Source: Balanoglossus misakiensis (Eukaryota > Animalia > Hemichordata). Taken from it: 64,000 bases of DNA. A program made the translations under genes and the position numbers. Below, in pieces: positions 1 to 14,192 of this stretch. The stretch spans positions 6,394,172 to 6,458,171 of the forward strand of contig CM082593.2 in NCBI GenBank assembly GCA_040954595.2, written 5' to 3'. Each line of letters starts with the position of its first letter. Positions within the stretch are counted from its first letter, which is position 1. The notes beneath the pieces were generated by a model. The model was not told where the DNA came from. It saw only the letters and a list, made by a program, of their open reading frames with translations, and searched no databases.

Positions 1-40
1 AAATGAGATAACGTCCAAAGTCGCTTAACTGTAGCAGAAC
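1..40 (-). CDS. Kelch-like protein, start of putative exon 2 (runs off the window)
   Basis: Acceptor tttttacctttaaattgcag|GTT on the minus strand. The phase-0 frame is open (VLLQLSDFGRYLI) to the window edge. Confidence 0.55.
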
Positions 41-307
41 CTGCAATTTAAAGGTAAAAACACCTATATCAGAGGCATAGCTTTGGGTTCATTTCATGAC
101 CAAGTAAATCGTAACTAGGGACATGGGCGTATACTATAGAATCAGTCTCATATTTATACTTTCAACCCCTTCAAATCGGAATAAATTACAGGAATAAAGT
201 GAGTTAGAAAACAAAATAATAGTGATTCTTGAGAATGTTTAAAGTTCTGTTGGGTATATTTTGGTATATTTGTGCACAGGTATATAAAAAAACTATGCTG
301 TTAATAC

Positions 308-1150
308 CTTTTTGAAATTTCCCCTTGCGCGTACTTGGACTTTAGTTGGTAGTGCGTGTTGAACCAGAGTCTGTTTGACCAAATCGCTGAACAGTGGTAC
401 AGCCATGGCACTGTGCAGGCTACAGAGTTCGTTCAGTTGGTAGGGTTCTATCAATATGAGCCTGACTTTCCCCAGCAATTCCTCCGCATGCTGAAGCCTA
501 TTTTCCAGGTCAAAGTTCAGCCAAGAGAGCACAGCCATCAAGACGTTCTCCTCGGATCGCACGTGAAGGTCGTCGTCAGCGAGGATGCGGAGGAGTACAT
601 CCTTGGAGACAAGCTCAGAGAACTCCGCTTTGGAAGATATATCGAGAAAGTTTTCTTTCATGGCTTTGGTGACCGCATCTCTCAGTTTTGCCAAACCGTA
701 CATTTCAGCTGTCTGGAGCGATGACACGTAATTGCGAACGTCGCCCGGGTTGTCATGGAATTGCCGGATCATAAAATCGCTACAGTGGTTTATAGCGCCC
801 TCGTACTGCAGGTGGTTGGCGACGTCCAGTACCTCGAAGACGTTTTCCGACGAAAGACTTGGGAAAGCTCCGGTGTAAATGTACTCCAGAACGAATCTGA
901 ACCCGCCCGCGGTCAAATTCTCTCCTTGCAGATGTGCGACGTGCTCTGAGCTTTCCTTCATCCCACTTGTAAACATGGAACGAAAGTAATGACAGGAGGC
1001 TGCCAGGACTGAAGTGTGAGCGACAAAATCTTCACCCTGCACTCGCACGATTGCATCGCAAAAAATACCTTCTCTCCTAAGAGCATCTAGTCCCTCTCGC
1101 AGTTCAACAGCGGGGTGCTGGGCTGACAAATTATTGCAATCGCCGCTCAT
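308..1150 (-). CDS. Kelch-like (BTB-BACK) protein, coding exon 1
   Basis: BTB signature FCDAIVRVQGEDFVAHTSVLAASCHYFRSMFTSGMKES is followed by a BACK domain (LHVRSEENVLMAVLSWLNFDLENR). A donor AAG|gtatta follows 308 in phase 0, where Kelch repeats would normally begin. Confidence 0.9.
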
Positions 1151-1510
1151 TTTCGCTATCCAAGCTATATCAGTACCAACACCCGGAAATAAATTGCATT
1201 TGAAGTAATCTAAAGACCACTTAACTTTCTGTGATTTACGCCATATTGATAAAGCTTAAGATAAAGATCTTGGACGATACAAATAAAGATATCTTTGCAT
1301 AAGTAGTAAAGATTTACATTTTGAAATCAATTGCATAGCTCTCGAATCCTTCGTCGTCATTCAATATGCTTCTAACAGAGGAAATAACAGCAGTACTTTT
1401 TACCATGGAGTTACGTACTCAAATTCATAGGAAACACCCTGTCAAGTATGACGTCACTGGGTAGGTCAGAGTTCACTGGCACTTCGATGGCGGATGCTGG
1501 TGTCAGTTGC
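1151..1510. promoter_or_regulatory. Putative bidirectional promoter for the Kelch-like gene and NDST
   Basis: Perfect CRE palindrome TGACGTCA at 1449-1456 and Inr-like TCAGTT at 1503-1508. It lies between the minus-strand ATG at 1150 and a plus-strand donor at 1594, in a locally CpG-rich stretch. Confidence 0.5.
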
Positions 1511-1593
1511 TGTGCTGTGTCGAAGCATTTCGTGAAATTCGCCTCTGTTTAAGAGTTCGCGGGTGAAGTAACCTCAAGAACAGGGCGTAATAG
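1503..1593 (+). other. Putative first non-coding exon of NDST (start approximate)
   Basis: Consensus donor TAG|GTAAGT at 1594. No other plus-strand coding sequence was found before NDST, so the link to NDST is inferred. Confidence 0.45.
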
Positions 1594-4500
1594 GTAAGTC
1601 GGTCGGTACAGACAAATGCTGTGTGGTTTATTTGTCTTAGAATCCGCGGAATTGCGTTCCTTCGACCGATCGTTGTCTGTGGTGGGTGGCTTGTTGTTTG
1701 GGATTTCTGAGTGGAACGTCCTGTGTTTTACTTCGAGCTGCGTGCGTTACATAATGGATTATCACATTGGTGGATTACATGAGTGGCAATGGGCTCCCTG
1801 GATTTTCTTTGCTATCGGTCAGTAAACTGTGAAGATCGTGGCTGTCTGCGAAGTGAACCCAACACTCCTGATCAGGAAGTAGGGAATCCCGAAATCCTGA
1901 CCTTGTAAGTTGTATGCTAAACCGATTCAGACCACGATCACCATCCATGATCGTTGGCGCACTGTCACTCTGTTAACCCCGCCCACAAGCCACACCCCTT
2001 CCTAACTACGTGGCCCTTCTCGATGTTCTCTGTTCTGTATTTGCCATATTATCGATATAGTCATCTACAGTATGTTGCGATCAATCATCGCGTGAACTTG
2101 TTTGTAAGGAAAGCTAGTAGTCAATCATGTCTGGTTCATGCACAGAGCAAATTCTCGATCACGGAGAATTTCTAACAAAACATAAACCCACACAGGACAA
2201 TATGGAACCAAAATATGCGACATAACCACTTGATTCCCCCTCCCCGTTTCACAGCTCTTGTAGGTGTAGAGGTAACCATGGCAATTATTGCTGTAACCTT
2301 GACATCGACTCTTCAGACGATTGGAGCGTTTTGCAATATCTTAACAATTTTCGGGGCAGCAAACCATACAATTTCTTGACTGCCTTGAATTACCAAGGCA
2401 TGAAAATGAATGAAAATAGTTGGAGTACTGTAGTTTCCCTTGTTGTGACGAGAAGTATTGTGACCTGTGACATGTTTTTTTTTATTTTTTAAGGAACTTC
2501 AACAATAGAACTGATAATCATAACAATTGCATTGTCAAGAATATTTGTCATATTCTATTAAGAATTCAGATGCAATTACAAGCCCTTTCTTGCCCAGGGG
2601 AGCTTGATCAGCAAGGAACTTGTGAACTGGGCTGGGAGTGGTGATATATTATACATTACCACACGTAATGCAAGTCAATAATTATCAAAGCCTGGTATAG
2701 AGTTTCAGTACTTAGTTGCCCAGAGATAGATTAATAATTATGGAGACTAGGAGAAAGAGTTTATATTGAAGGAGGGCACATTTGTCTCTGTGGATTATCC
2801 TGAGGTATATGAAAGTTTCATTGAAACCATATTCTTTGCAGATGAATTATTTACAACAGTAGACAATGAAGAGCAGTATTCTTTCGTGAATTTTTAACAA
2901 CAGTCTCAGGCTATACCTGTTATTCTTTCATTTGATCAAAATTCATGAGTGCTTGTATAGTCAGTGTGTGCATTTAACGTAGGGCTATGTCACCAGGAAG
3001 ACTACAGGCTCATACATGTAGTTTCCTAATATAATTTTCAGCTGGCATACATGAATACAGAATGGTAATTTTGGTGAGAACTGGTCAGCCACAGAGAGTA
3101 ATTCCCTCCATGCATGTATTCCGATTAAATACAATCCTGAATTCCCCAATAAATCATCTTCATTTCCTTTGTAGATAGCAAACAGTTTATGAAACCAGAA
3201 TCTGAAATTCCACTGAATTTTCTCTATCAATGAAATGTTAAACCCAGAGTGGAATTCTACATTCATTATGTAGTGATATCACAGCGTAGGCAGGAGACAG
3301 GATGTCTCGGTTCTTATCTCGGAGAAGATGCAAATGAGCGTAAATGTCGGCACGGAGACATCTACTGGGAAAACACCTGTAATTTACAATCAAACATGTC
3401 GGGAGAGTTGTCTCGTATTCATGAAATAATTGAATTTTTTTTTCGCTGTCAGTGGTTAGATTGGGATGCTGTTAGTGTAGTTGTCACCGGGAGGGATCAG
3501 GAAGTTATCATCTTGTGTTTTGCTGTCATCAAACTTTTATGACAGCATCGGTTTTGCTTAGGCTGTCATGCGAAATACACGAGGTGCACTGTGTTTAGTT
3601 TGACACTGATGTCAGGGCCTTGTAGCAGTGATGCGGGTTTACATTCTACATGAGCATTGTGTATTTAAGGTATGTTCATCTGTAGATGTACATATGTACA
3701 CGCATATACTCTTGTGTGTCTATCAGAGGCTGCCTGTAGTGTTTTTCCCCTTCCATGTACACCATACGGTACACTCGTACAGGTATAGAAAAAAAGTGTC
3801 TTCATGTGATGTTTTCAAAGTGCACGACTATGTATGATCAGATAGGGATAATTTCATAAACACAGAGGTGTGTTGAATGAACATGTTCATAGTACTGCAG
3901 TGTATATATAGCTTATGTGTGTGTCATTGATATATTTAACAAATTGCACAGTGTTTTTGTTAAGGGTGGTACCCGGGTAAAGGTACCCAGGGTATCATTT
4001 TGCCAGGGTTTCTCATGGTATTAGATCATGTGCATTCTTGTCAGTGGGTAGCAGAGGAGTGACAGGGTTCCTAGATCATTCACCAGTGTTTCACAACCTT
4101 AGCAAAACCTTTGTTGTGTCATCGCAAAAGTTTATCAAAGAATGTGAAGGTAGGTCTGGGTTGTGGTGTGTATTCCCTTCCAGTGTTTCCATGGAAACTT
4201 GAGTGATGTGACTGATGGGGGTGATTTTTCATTTAACTGCATTGAACAGTCTACAGCGGTTTTTGGTAAAGTTTTATAAATGTGCAAGTTTCTTAGCAGT
4301 CTTTGTCACCATAGTAGCCAACTTTTCAACAAACCATGACGTGCAGAATACAAGCGCAGCCACAAGAAAAATCTTTTTAAAAATTCATTGAGAAAGCAGC
4401 CCCATCTTTCTTCAATCACGAAGTCCCCGATAAGCGTTTCCTTTCATGCGGCAAAATAAATGGTTCTATTAAAACACACGCGAAGCCCTTAACGGCATGA

Positions 4501-7500
4501 TTAAAACATGCCTTTAACTTATCGGAGACTGTACATGTATATATGTACTCCTCTTACTTCAAGCATTAATATTGGAAAGCGGCTCTAGGTAATTTCTTAA
4601 TAACCTGTCCGGTGCTACAATGGAAGCTGTGATTACTTACACAGCCAACAGGATGATAGACTTGAGGACATAATCATTGAGATTCGTCGCTTTTTCATCA
4701 CCGAAGTTTCATGCCCCTCGTCTTCTGGTGCGTCTTATTACTCCTCGTCAGTCTTCACGATGTGTCTTGTACGAGTTACTTGATATTAAACCTTTTTTGT
4801 ATTGATGACATTCGTTATGTACAGGAAAATAGTGATTGCAGTTTTGAGCGATATAACTGGTGCGTGTATCTCGAGGCTGGGTATATTGTTGAGTCTGTTT
4901 TGCCGTTGTGTGCATACGGCAAATTGAATGTGTGGCTGACAGTTGTGCGTAACGCGATGCTCCTTCAGTAAATGTGGTTATGATCGGAAGATGAGAAAAC
5001 AAGAGTAAACACATTAAATCATGTTGGGGCAGATGTCCAATTGTCCAGGCTGCATACGTGTACATTTTTAACGTGTAATTGTCAATTTAGCTGTCTGTTA
5101 GCAAGACTGGGACAAATGTTTCTAGCTTGTCACTAAAGGATGAATTTCATGTTACCATGGTGATTTTTTCTGACCAAACGGACGGTTTTAATTCTTCAGT
5201 AGATGTTTGCATACCGACATCTCTGAATTATTGATAGGCATTTTCCAAAGCGATATTGTCCTAGTTTTATCAGTAGACATACATATTATCACAGATAAAT
5301 TTCATTCAATCCAAATTTCGCTTTCTGAATAGCAGTTCAGTCGACTCACACCAAATGAGCTGTTTTTTTTTGTTCAGAACTAAAATCAAAGGTCACCACA
5401 GTTTACATGTAATAGAAGTGCATACTTCAGTAACGAACCATGTACAAGCTACTCTCAATGCCGACAGACTGTCAATGCATTATGTACGTGCATATGCCCC
5501 CAGGCCAGAAATGGATAGTCCTGCCTAAACCCTGACATTTCTTCACTTCAAAACAGCCATTATATCTGCCGACGTATGTCATTTTAAATTTGCGTCAAAA
5601 GGGACAGCTAATTTTCGCTCTGCGTAATAATATGTTCTCTCTAAACGCAACTTGCCCTGGATTCTGGAAGCCTAATTTTGTAGGCTTGGTTAGTGAGCTC
5701 TCATAATCTCTTAATTATTCTCAGTAAAAGTAATTGGTGTTCTATATATGTGAATCGCTCTCTGGGTTGGAGTAATGGAATGGAGAATTCCTAAAGCAGA
5801 TATTGCGTCTGACAGATGTGTAAAATTTAAAACCAAATTCCCTTAGAGATTTTTATACTGTTTTATACTGATTTTGTGACAGAAATTAAAAGAAAACAAA
5901 ATGAGTCCCTGTAGACTCGTGGTTGCCAAGGATACCTGAAGCAGTACATTTCAGATTGCCATCTTGTATGTATCATTAATGAAATCAATCAGAGAGAGAG
6001 AATGAGCTGCCCACCATGCTAATTAGCACTATAGCCCTTAGCTATTGACTTTGTTCAATTTGCACCTAATTGCTTTTTGTAACGCCTTGGAGAAAACCTG
6101 ACAGTAGGCGGAACAGCCATTACTGGAGGTAATACACGAGAACTAACGCTCATATTCGCTGGGAACCATTGTATTGCAAGCTGTAAGCAATAAAATATGA
6201 CAGTGTTCCCAACTCTTTCAAAGCACTTTAATCCATTCTCCTGTCCTCAAGCCACACTTTACTGGCGAAGTTTCCCGACAAATTATTCTATAAAGCTGCG
6301 AGAACAATAATCCATCAACAGCCATAAATCTTGCGGCTTTAAATTTCATTATTCCACCCACAAGCTAAATTTTGCCACTGGAATTTTACACCAGAAAATA
6401 ACAAAAACATTTTACACTATTTTTCGAGCTCCAAGAAACAGCATTTGTATAGATCTTGGAAACTAATGAGAAGCTACGTTGGATCATATGCAGTTTATCC
6501 CTGTTGCAGGTTTTTGAACGATGGCAGTTAAGGATAGTCATGCCGTTTGCTATTTTAAAAAAATCTGGGCTCTGCTTTGAAGCAGATCCTTTGCTTGTTA
6601 ACACCACTGGCAGGCTGTCGAAGCTGTCAATTAGGAATCGATGCGTACACCCCATCCAATCCATCGAATAGAGTCGGCTAAATGCCTAGTTGCCTCCACG
6701 CAGGCATCAGCACAAAAGCATAAAAGGCATTTTCCAACGTGTTTCCTGGAGACACAGGGCTCGGGCTGAAAGGCGTACGTGAAAGGCAATTCAAAAACTT
6801 GCAGCCACTCAAAAGATTTCATGGATCGTGGAAAAAGAGCCTCTTCTTTATCAAGACGCATCATAGAATTCACGCTGATAATTTTGCAGAAAAGGGGCTT
6901 TTGAGAATTGAAAAAGAGTTATATGAAACCTAAAAAGATGTCATTTCTAGATTTTCGCATTTTAGCCGGAGGTGGTAGTTTCCCCCATCACCATAGTGTA
7001 CTCCTGAAGCAGTTTTAATTTCTGGCATAATATACCTCAGCATATGCTTGCAGCTAACAACATATACATTGTATACACACATCTATACATCTAACTTGGT
7101 AGCCGTATCTTCATGATTTGTAGACATGCTCTAAGGTGTGCATGTTAAGGATAACTTTTTAACCATTCATGTATTACCTGGATAATTTGCGGTAAATCAT
7201 AATGCAAGGCTTGATCGTAAAAGCCTCAGACAGAGAAACTGTAGGGGACTTCTACTGACTATTCTTTTTAAGTTTTAAAGACAAGACTATGAGAAACAAA
7301 TCAACAAAGACAATGCATCATGGGAAACATTTTTTGTAACAACTTGTGTACATGTATGTATGTCTCTTTACTTCATTTGAATTTTTGAGGGCAGATTATG
7401 AGTCGAGTCTGGCAAGTAGAGCTAAAAACAAACACAGTATAGATGTCCACATACATGTGTATGTATTGAGAATTATGAAGGATGGTGATCCTACAATAAG

Positions 7501-8963
7501 GAATCTGTATCTCTTTGACATGCACTGTGTTACGTGTACATACCGTGTACGTGTCTATAGATCTGTGTATGGAGGCGTAAATTATTTAAGACGACACTTC
7601 CGTTCCCCCCCCCCCCCCCAACACTTGGCAACAGCAGACACCTTTTACCAGGTGCGTCATCACAGACAGCAGGATACTTTCAGCTATGCGAGGTGAATAA
7701 TTTCCCAGCCATTTTACTTCCCGACGCCTACATATGATTGATGTGCCTTTCACGCAACCAATTAGCACAGGTGTTGCATGCAAGTGGATGTGTGATTCAT
7801 GGCTTCGGAGTATTCGTGCAGAATGCCAGACATTGACATGTCACCAAGGCTGCATGTAACACACGTCGAATAATCTTCCCACTATTCGCCCTACATCGTA
7901 TTTTTGACCTCCAGGACACCATGCCCTTCAGATGTTTGGTTTTACGTACGTTTTGTCAGCATTATCCAATGGTATCAGTGTCATAATATTGCAAAATTTG
8001 CCATAATTGTACAATTATGTTTTTAAAAAAAAATATATCTCAGCCTTTTCCTATAATGCTTTCAAAATTGGGCCATAATTAAGTTTGGTGCAAAGTTGTA
8101 AGTCAATTTTGCAAGAAATGCTGATTTAAAGAGGCTTGCAGAATATATGGTGCATGTTTTTCCCTTTGAAGGAAGCAAAAGTGAGAATATGACAAAATCC
8201 TGTCGAAGTTCCACCTTTTTGTAATTTTAGTTGGCTTCCTCTTGAAGAAAATATATTGATGCATCATATTACGTGGGTTTCCCCAGGTGTAATCCAGGGG
8301 CATTCCGGGATGCCATCATATATTTTGTGCAACTTTTTTTGTGGTAGTTCCTCCCATTGTAGGAAATCTTGTGAGGCTTCCCTCTTGCAATCTGAGATTA
8401 GATATGACACCATGCACCCTTCTTTAAGTTGTAATTCAAACACAGGGACTCGTACTGCAAAAGTGCGCGTGTCTGTAGTCGGGATTCCCTGCAGTCATGC
8501 AAATCAGTCATAGCAGGTGACATTTCATTGGTTTCAATTGTGGAGAAAAGTGCGACGTATCGTGTAATTCTTTCACATCAGTGCAGGCCGTGTAATGATT
8601 TGTTTCGATACTATCGGTTATTTCAAGTCTAGCATGGCAAGTGTTAAGTACGGAGGACAAGAGATTGATTACTGTGTTTCATAATCACGTTGAATTTGAT
8701 ATGCGTATTCTGTTACCGGTAATTTTTCTGGTGTTGAAGAGTTAGAAATCAGTGTGATATCTGTGAAATACTATATACAAATTATTTGTAATTAGCATGT
8801 GGTATTTGGCCATTCCTTGAATTGTGACACTGTAGCATACACATTTTGGTGTCTTTTATCATCACTGAAATTCCAATGAATAATTTCTCATAATTTCATC
8901 GGATTATTTGGAATTCCGGAATACCTGTAAAGTTAGATGATTTGTTTCACTTCCTTCTTTCAG

Positions 8964-9090
8964 ACTGTGGTGTTCGTGACAGAGCTTGAAGTACTGGCAA
9001 GAAATACCTTTACGCTGTCATATTAGAAGGAAAATCTCTCAGCTCAAGGACTCGAGTACCAAAGTAGAAAAGGAATGAAAATATATTAAG
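8964..9090 (+). other. Putative internal 5'UTR exon of NDST
   Basis: Strong acceptor tttcacttccttctttcag| and donor AAG|gtatgt. It contains only a minimal uORF (MKIY*). Confidence 0.45.
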
Positions 9091-9649
9091 GTATGTTGGA
9101 TTTTCTGTTGTGAGGCTATACCCATTGCACACACATGTCCGTGGTGTACCTACAAATTTAATTTGCCAATTTCACATCAAGAGATCCCTAGGGACAGATA
9201 ATCTCAACCAAATGTTAACACACGGTAAGTACATATTCCAGGTGAAAATATCAGGCGATTTTAACCTTTCTGTTAAAAAATCTCTGCAGTTGGTTCCGTG
9301 CGCATCTCTGCCCGAGCTGCGGGGCCTACGTAGCCAAATTGATGTCGATGTCGAATAAAATGGTAATAATGACGTCGAATGAGTGAATCAGGAAGAGGCA
9401 GAACTCCAGGGAATATTAAAAGCAGTAACCTAGATCTGTCTGGATTTGTAGTTCAAAGTGTGTCTTTAGAGATTCTGGGAACTGAGTGAAGGACGGATAA
9501 AGAGGTCTGCTTTTATGAATACCAGGTGGGCTTCTGTTCTCTTTCACACTCAACTTAATGCAGTGTCAGTTGATGGTAAAATTCCACGATTGAAATTGCA
9601 TGTTTCTTAACATACATGCAACTGGACTTTGTTATCATCAAGGAAAGAT

Positions 9650-9829
9650 CTGTAAAACGGGTTATTTTCGCGAGAAATAAATTTTCACGAAATACACAAG
9701 AGCCAAAGGCGAAAATAAAAAGTCCCGTAAAAATGTGAAATGTGAGAACACGAAAATTAATCCTCGCGTAACAGTTGCCTCTTTTGATATCGCGAAAATT
9801 TCCTGTCGCGAAAATAACCCGTTTTACAG
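9650..9829. mobile_element. MITE of about 180 bp with 24-bp terminal inverted repeats
   Basis: CTGTAAAACGGGTTATTTTCGCGA at 9650-9673 and its exact reverse complement at 9806-9829. TA flanks the right end and there are internal CGCGAAAA/CACGAAAA sub-repeats. Confidence 0.8.
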
Positions 9830-12800
9830 TACTGGAATTGCTGAATGCATGTTCTGTGGAATATTTATTCGACTGGAATTTATTTTCAATGAACGCGAAG
9901 CTTAGTTTCACAGTCGTTTTATGAGTATATTAATGGGGAAAGGGAAATTTCACAGGTATTTTATTTTTTAGTGGAAAAATTGAGTCCAGTAAGTTCAAAC
10001 AGCAATAATAAATTCCAAGGATTCTGTATTACTCCGGGGAACGCACCAGCAGATGCAATTTTATTGCACATCTGTATATCAAATTATTGCAGAGATGCGA
10101 ATTACTTTGAGTGTGAGAAGAAGATTGATGTACTAGATTTAAAAATTATTGAAATCTGCGAGAAGGAACTGAAGTGTGACAGGTCTGAGTTACGGAATGT
10201 CATCAAATAAATATGCCGCAGTTATACTTTATAAGAGGAGAAACATTAACTGCGTTTGCCTTGAATAATACGGGTCAGGCAGCGAGACAAATGATTCTGT
10301 CGCAGACAGACTGGCTGGAACTCGTCCTGTACTTGCGCACACACACACACTCGCTCGAAAATTGATGTATAGATTTGGAGACGGAGTCCGTCTCATTATC
10401 GGGCAGTGGCCGATTCCTTGTAAAGCAATTAGGCATATTTCAATATGGCCGCCGCCAAGTCTGCCGGATGAATTGCGGTGCGTGTACATATTCCATTAGC
10501 GTGGGCCGAATGCAGCTTTGTGGTTTTCCCGCTACGTGAATCTCCTCTTGCTCTGGAATACATTAATCTGTGTCTCTCAGATGGAATACTACAGTTTGTG
10601 TCTGTGTCCATGGACACTAACAGATGACCTGTGTATGAAGAAGTCAATGGCAAGATATTATCCATGAGGGCTTTGACCGTATATGGGTATTTGTTAATTG
10701 GAGGTGATTGTTTATAAATTTACCTGTGTTGCAAAATGACGAACATAATCAAGACTTGTATGATAGCATCTACAGCTATGTTACTAATCCTGTTTCCAAG
10801 CGGGGGAATTGGAGGTAATCAGATTTGGTATCAATTCCATCGAGCCTGTCGAGAAGGGCTCTATCATCTCGCTACTCCAATGTCCCTCCATCCATGCAGC
10901 TGGCATTAATCTGGGCACATTTTGAAATCATTAAGTAGTTTGCTCGCCATATACCTTTTTTTGGAGTGAATTCAACTAAAGATTTTCGTCATGTGACACG
11001 CGCTGGGATCTTGGTTTTCAAATGCACCCAGTGTGAGCTTTCCCCATGCGAGGAAAAGGTATAATTGAAAAATACCGTCTGAAGATGCGATTTACGTCAA
11101 GTTTTGGAAACCCTTGCTGACTGTTGCTATGGCAACTTGAACTCGGCTGTAAAAATGGCAGAGTGAATGTAGATTTTCAATTTGACACAAGTGAAGTCTT
11201 GGGTTTTTCCAGCTGTCGTTCGTGTGGTGTAAAACAATTTGTTACTCAGTTTGTACGGACATAATTCATATTGTAATATACTGGTGTGGTACAAAGTACA
11301 GTACAGATGAGACCAAGGTTTCAAACTGAGTCTGCTCAGGGCTAAAACAAGGCCAGTCTGGGTTTAGCAAATTTAATAGCACCTTATGAGTTGTTGTCAC
11401 ATATTATTGGCATACAAATAAATAGCAAAGACTAAATCAGGCTACAGATATAGTAGACAGGCTCTACACAAATAATAATGGCATTTAGCTAGCACCGGGC
11501 TAACCTAATACTGCTAGCCTTGTGTTAAGCTAAATGGAAAAGATCACTTGATCTGTACTGTACATTTCTATTGAAACCCACATTCTGCACCAAACGTCGT
11601 TCACCCTCCCACCCCTACGACTCCATACGTGGGTCCAACTTTAGCATTGAAATCAGTAACTCTGGACCATTGGATATTATTTGATGGGGGGGGGGGGGGG
11701 CAATGATGCCAGAGTAGGCATTGATTTTGCAACAACCAAGCTCGTGATCTGCAGAGGAATCCTAGCTTTCATTTTTTTTTTTTTTTGCAATTTCATGGCA
11801 ATTTGAGTGATATCAGTCATGTCCCTCGAAGGCTCTAATCATTTATGATGATGAAGTGAAATTACTACGACCTCTGACACTCATTTTTCTGCCGTAATCC
11901 CAAATAGGAAATTGAAAGCAAGAAACACCAATAAACACATAGACGACACGAGCAATTATTATTGAATTTATGATGTATCACTCACACAGCGATAAGATGC
12001 CTCTATCACCATAAATCAGGGTTTAAATTGACGGTATCTTCTTCTGAGGAGACTCAAGTGTATTTGGCAGGGAATTTCTTATTTCTCAACCGATTACTGT
12101 AGATAATACAAGATTCACTTGTATGACTACAGTCGATATCAGAAACCCATTTTGAAAATCATTCAAATTTTGCGTGATCGTATAATGGATGTAATGTAAG
12201 CTGTAAGTGCAAGCCTTAATAGATTCTTGGTCAGAATTTACATATTACCTCTGCATATATCGATAAAGTGGAGATATGAGTATTTTATTTTACTGTAAGT
12301 TGTGATTTGCCTGTTGGTATTAAAATATGAATATATTTATTCAATGCACGTACAGTAGCTACTTTGAATTTTGAAATTGAAATCATTTTGAAATCACATG
12401 ATTTCTCATTAGATTTTCAACAAATATTAGTAAAGTGAATGTTGAACATAACATGGTATGTTTAGTTTACATACAGAACCCCTGACCCTCAAATTCCCCC
12501 TTTTAAAAATTTTCTGGAATCAAAAATTTCTTTTTTTGTCTGATTGTCCAATCAGCTTATAAATAAATAATTTCGATATAAAAAAGGAAGAAGACAATTT
12601 GCCATGAAAGACAGACAATAACAAATAATCTCTTTGAATTTGCCCGGAGTCACTGTTCACCGTAATTTAAAACTTAGTCCAAACATTTTACACCATGCAT
12701 TCTGGAGGGCATACAGAGAATCGTTAGTGTGCAAATATAGCAGATTTTCTACCAAATCCATATCAGATGTAGTGATATTATCTAATCTGCAGGGAAGATA

Positions 12801-14134
12801 TTGATTTCTCACATGTGCTACTCAAAAAATCAAATCCAGAATGTGTTTCTGACAGATTAAGGATCAATACATCTCATATTGCATATTTCAAAGTCTGTGT
12901 ACCGATTATCATAACATACTGATGACAACAGCTAGTAAAAAGTCTTCGTCGGACATCTCCGCGCAGATTCAGAGTCTGTGAATCCAGAAACGTTTCAGTT
13001 GTAGAGCAAACGACTACTTTGAGATCATCCTTGAGGGATATCAATAAAGACTTCTTGTAATTGTTCAAATTTCAAAGTAAGAATGAAACAGACAAAACAT
13101 CCGTTTTATTTTCTGGAGACCTGTTGTTGACGGAAAAGGTTTACGAAATGATTGTTGTATTATTTTTAGGATGGAAACAAACTAAGGAGTAATCCATCAT
13201 GTAGTATTAGATGGTATTGAAATGGTTTTGCCTGCTTATTGTAAGATAAGGATAGAGTGATTTTGTGGGAAATTCATTCACCTACACGCATTAACCACAA
13301 TCCATGTCCACTAACCCAGTTCCGAGTGTCATAATAGTTTCATTGATCACAGAAACATTCCCCGGACAACAGGTGATTTGAAAGGGTTTGACCTTCCCCC
13401 CTATTGTGTAAATGGTTCAGTCCTTGGGGAGGAGTGAGGTGCGGCAGTTAGCGAATGGCCACGCAGTGATCGTTCGGTGCGTGGACGTGCGGACGCATAC
13501 GGATTAGGGATTCTTAGAAGACTTCCTCCCTGTCACAGTGTGTCCACTGCCCAAGGGAAACCAAGAAAACCGAGGTTACCACGTATTGAGAAGAAGCTCG
13601 CCCAGGTAATTGATTTCGTCCAAAAATTTATTCTGCTTTACTGAGCAAATGTGCTTGGAATGCAGGAAACATTTCACACAAGGCCAGAGAAGACACGGCA
13701 AACTTTTCAAAAAAACACGCACCCCGGTACAAGGTACAACTGTGCTGGCGGCTACGGCAAGCACTAAGATGTTGCGCTGTTTTTCGCATTGTGATAGCTG
13801 TGTACAAAGCAAACTTTGGCCTAATCCTATCAATTGCAGTGGTGTTGTTGGACCCACTTAGAGGAAAATGTGTGCGAGAAGTATTTCACTGAAAATTCTT
13901 AAATTATAAATAGATAAAAAATATACGAAATAACATATGGAAATAATAACATGTATACGATATTGTAAAAACTGGCTTTTATTTACTGTTGTTTGGTTTA
14001 TTTGTTTGTTTATACATGCAGCCCTAATTCCTACCTGGTACAGAAAGGGTTGAGTTCATGTTATTAATCTAGTCACACAAACACTAAAAGCAGGAAAGAG
14101 CTGTAGCATTAAAAGTTAAACAGCAGACATTGAA

Positions 14135-14192
14135 TTAACCTTTCATCACCTTGGTTTCGTCCAAATCCTTTGTTTTCCATGGTAACCTAGGA
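14135..14192 (-). mobile_element. Partial copy of the ~95-bp piggyBac-like MITE family
   Basis: ttaacctttcatcaccttggtttcgtccaaatcctttgttttccatggt matches the reverse complement of the copies at 17476 and 19460. Confidence 0.55.

Noticed and set aside
293-1150. Intronless BTB-BACK protein lacking Kelch repeats, or a truncated retrocopy
   Set aside because: A donor at 307 and an in-frame acceptor at 41 let the frame continue off the window, so the stop at 293 is probably intronic.
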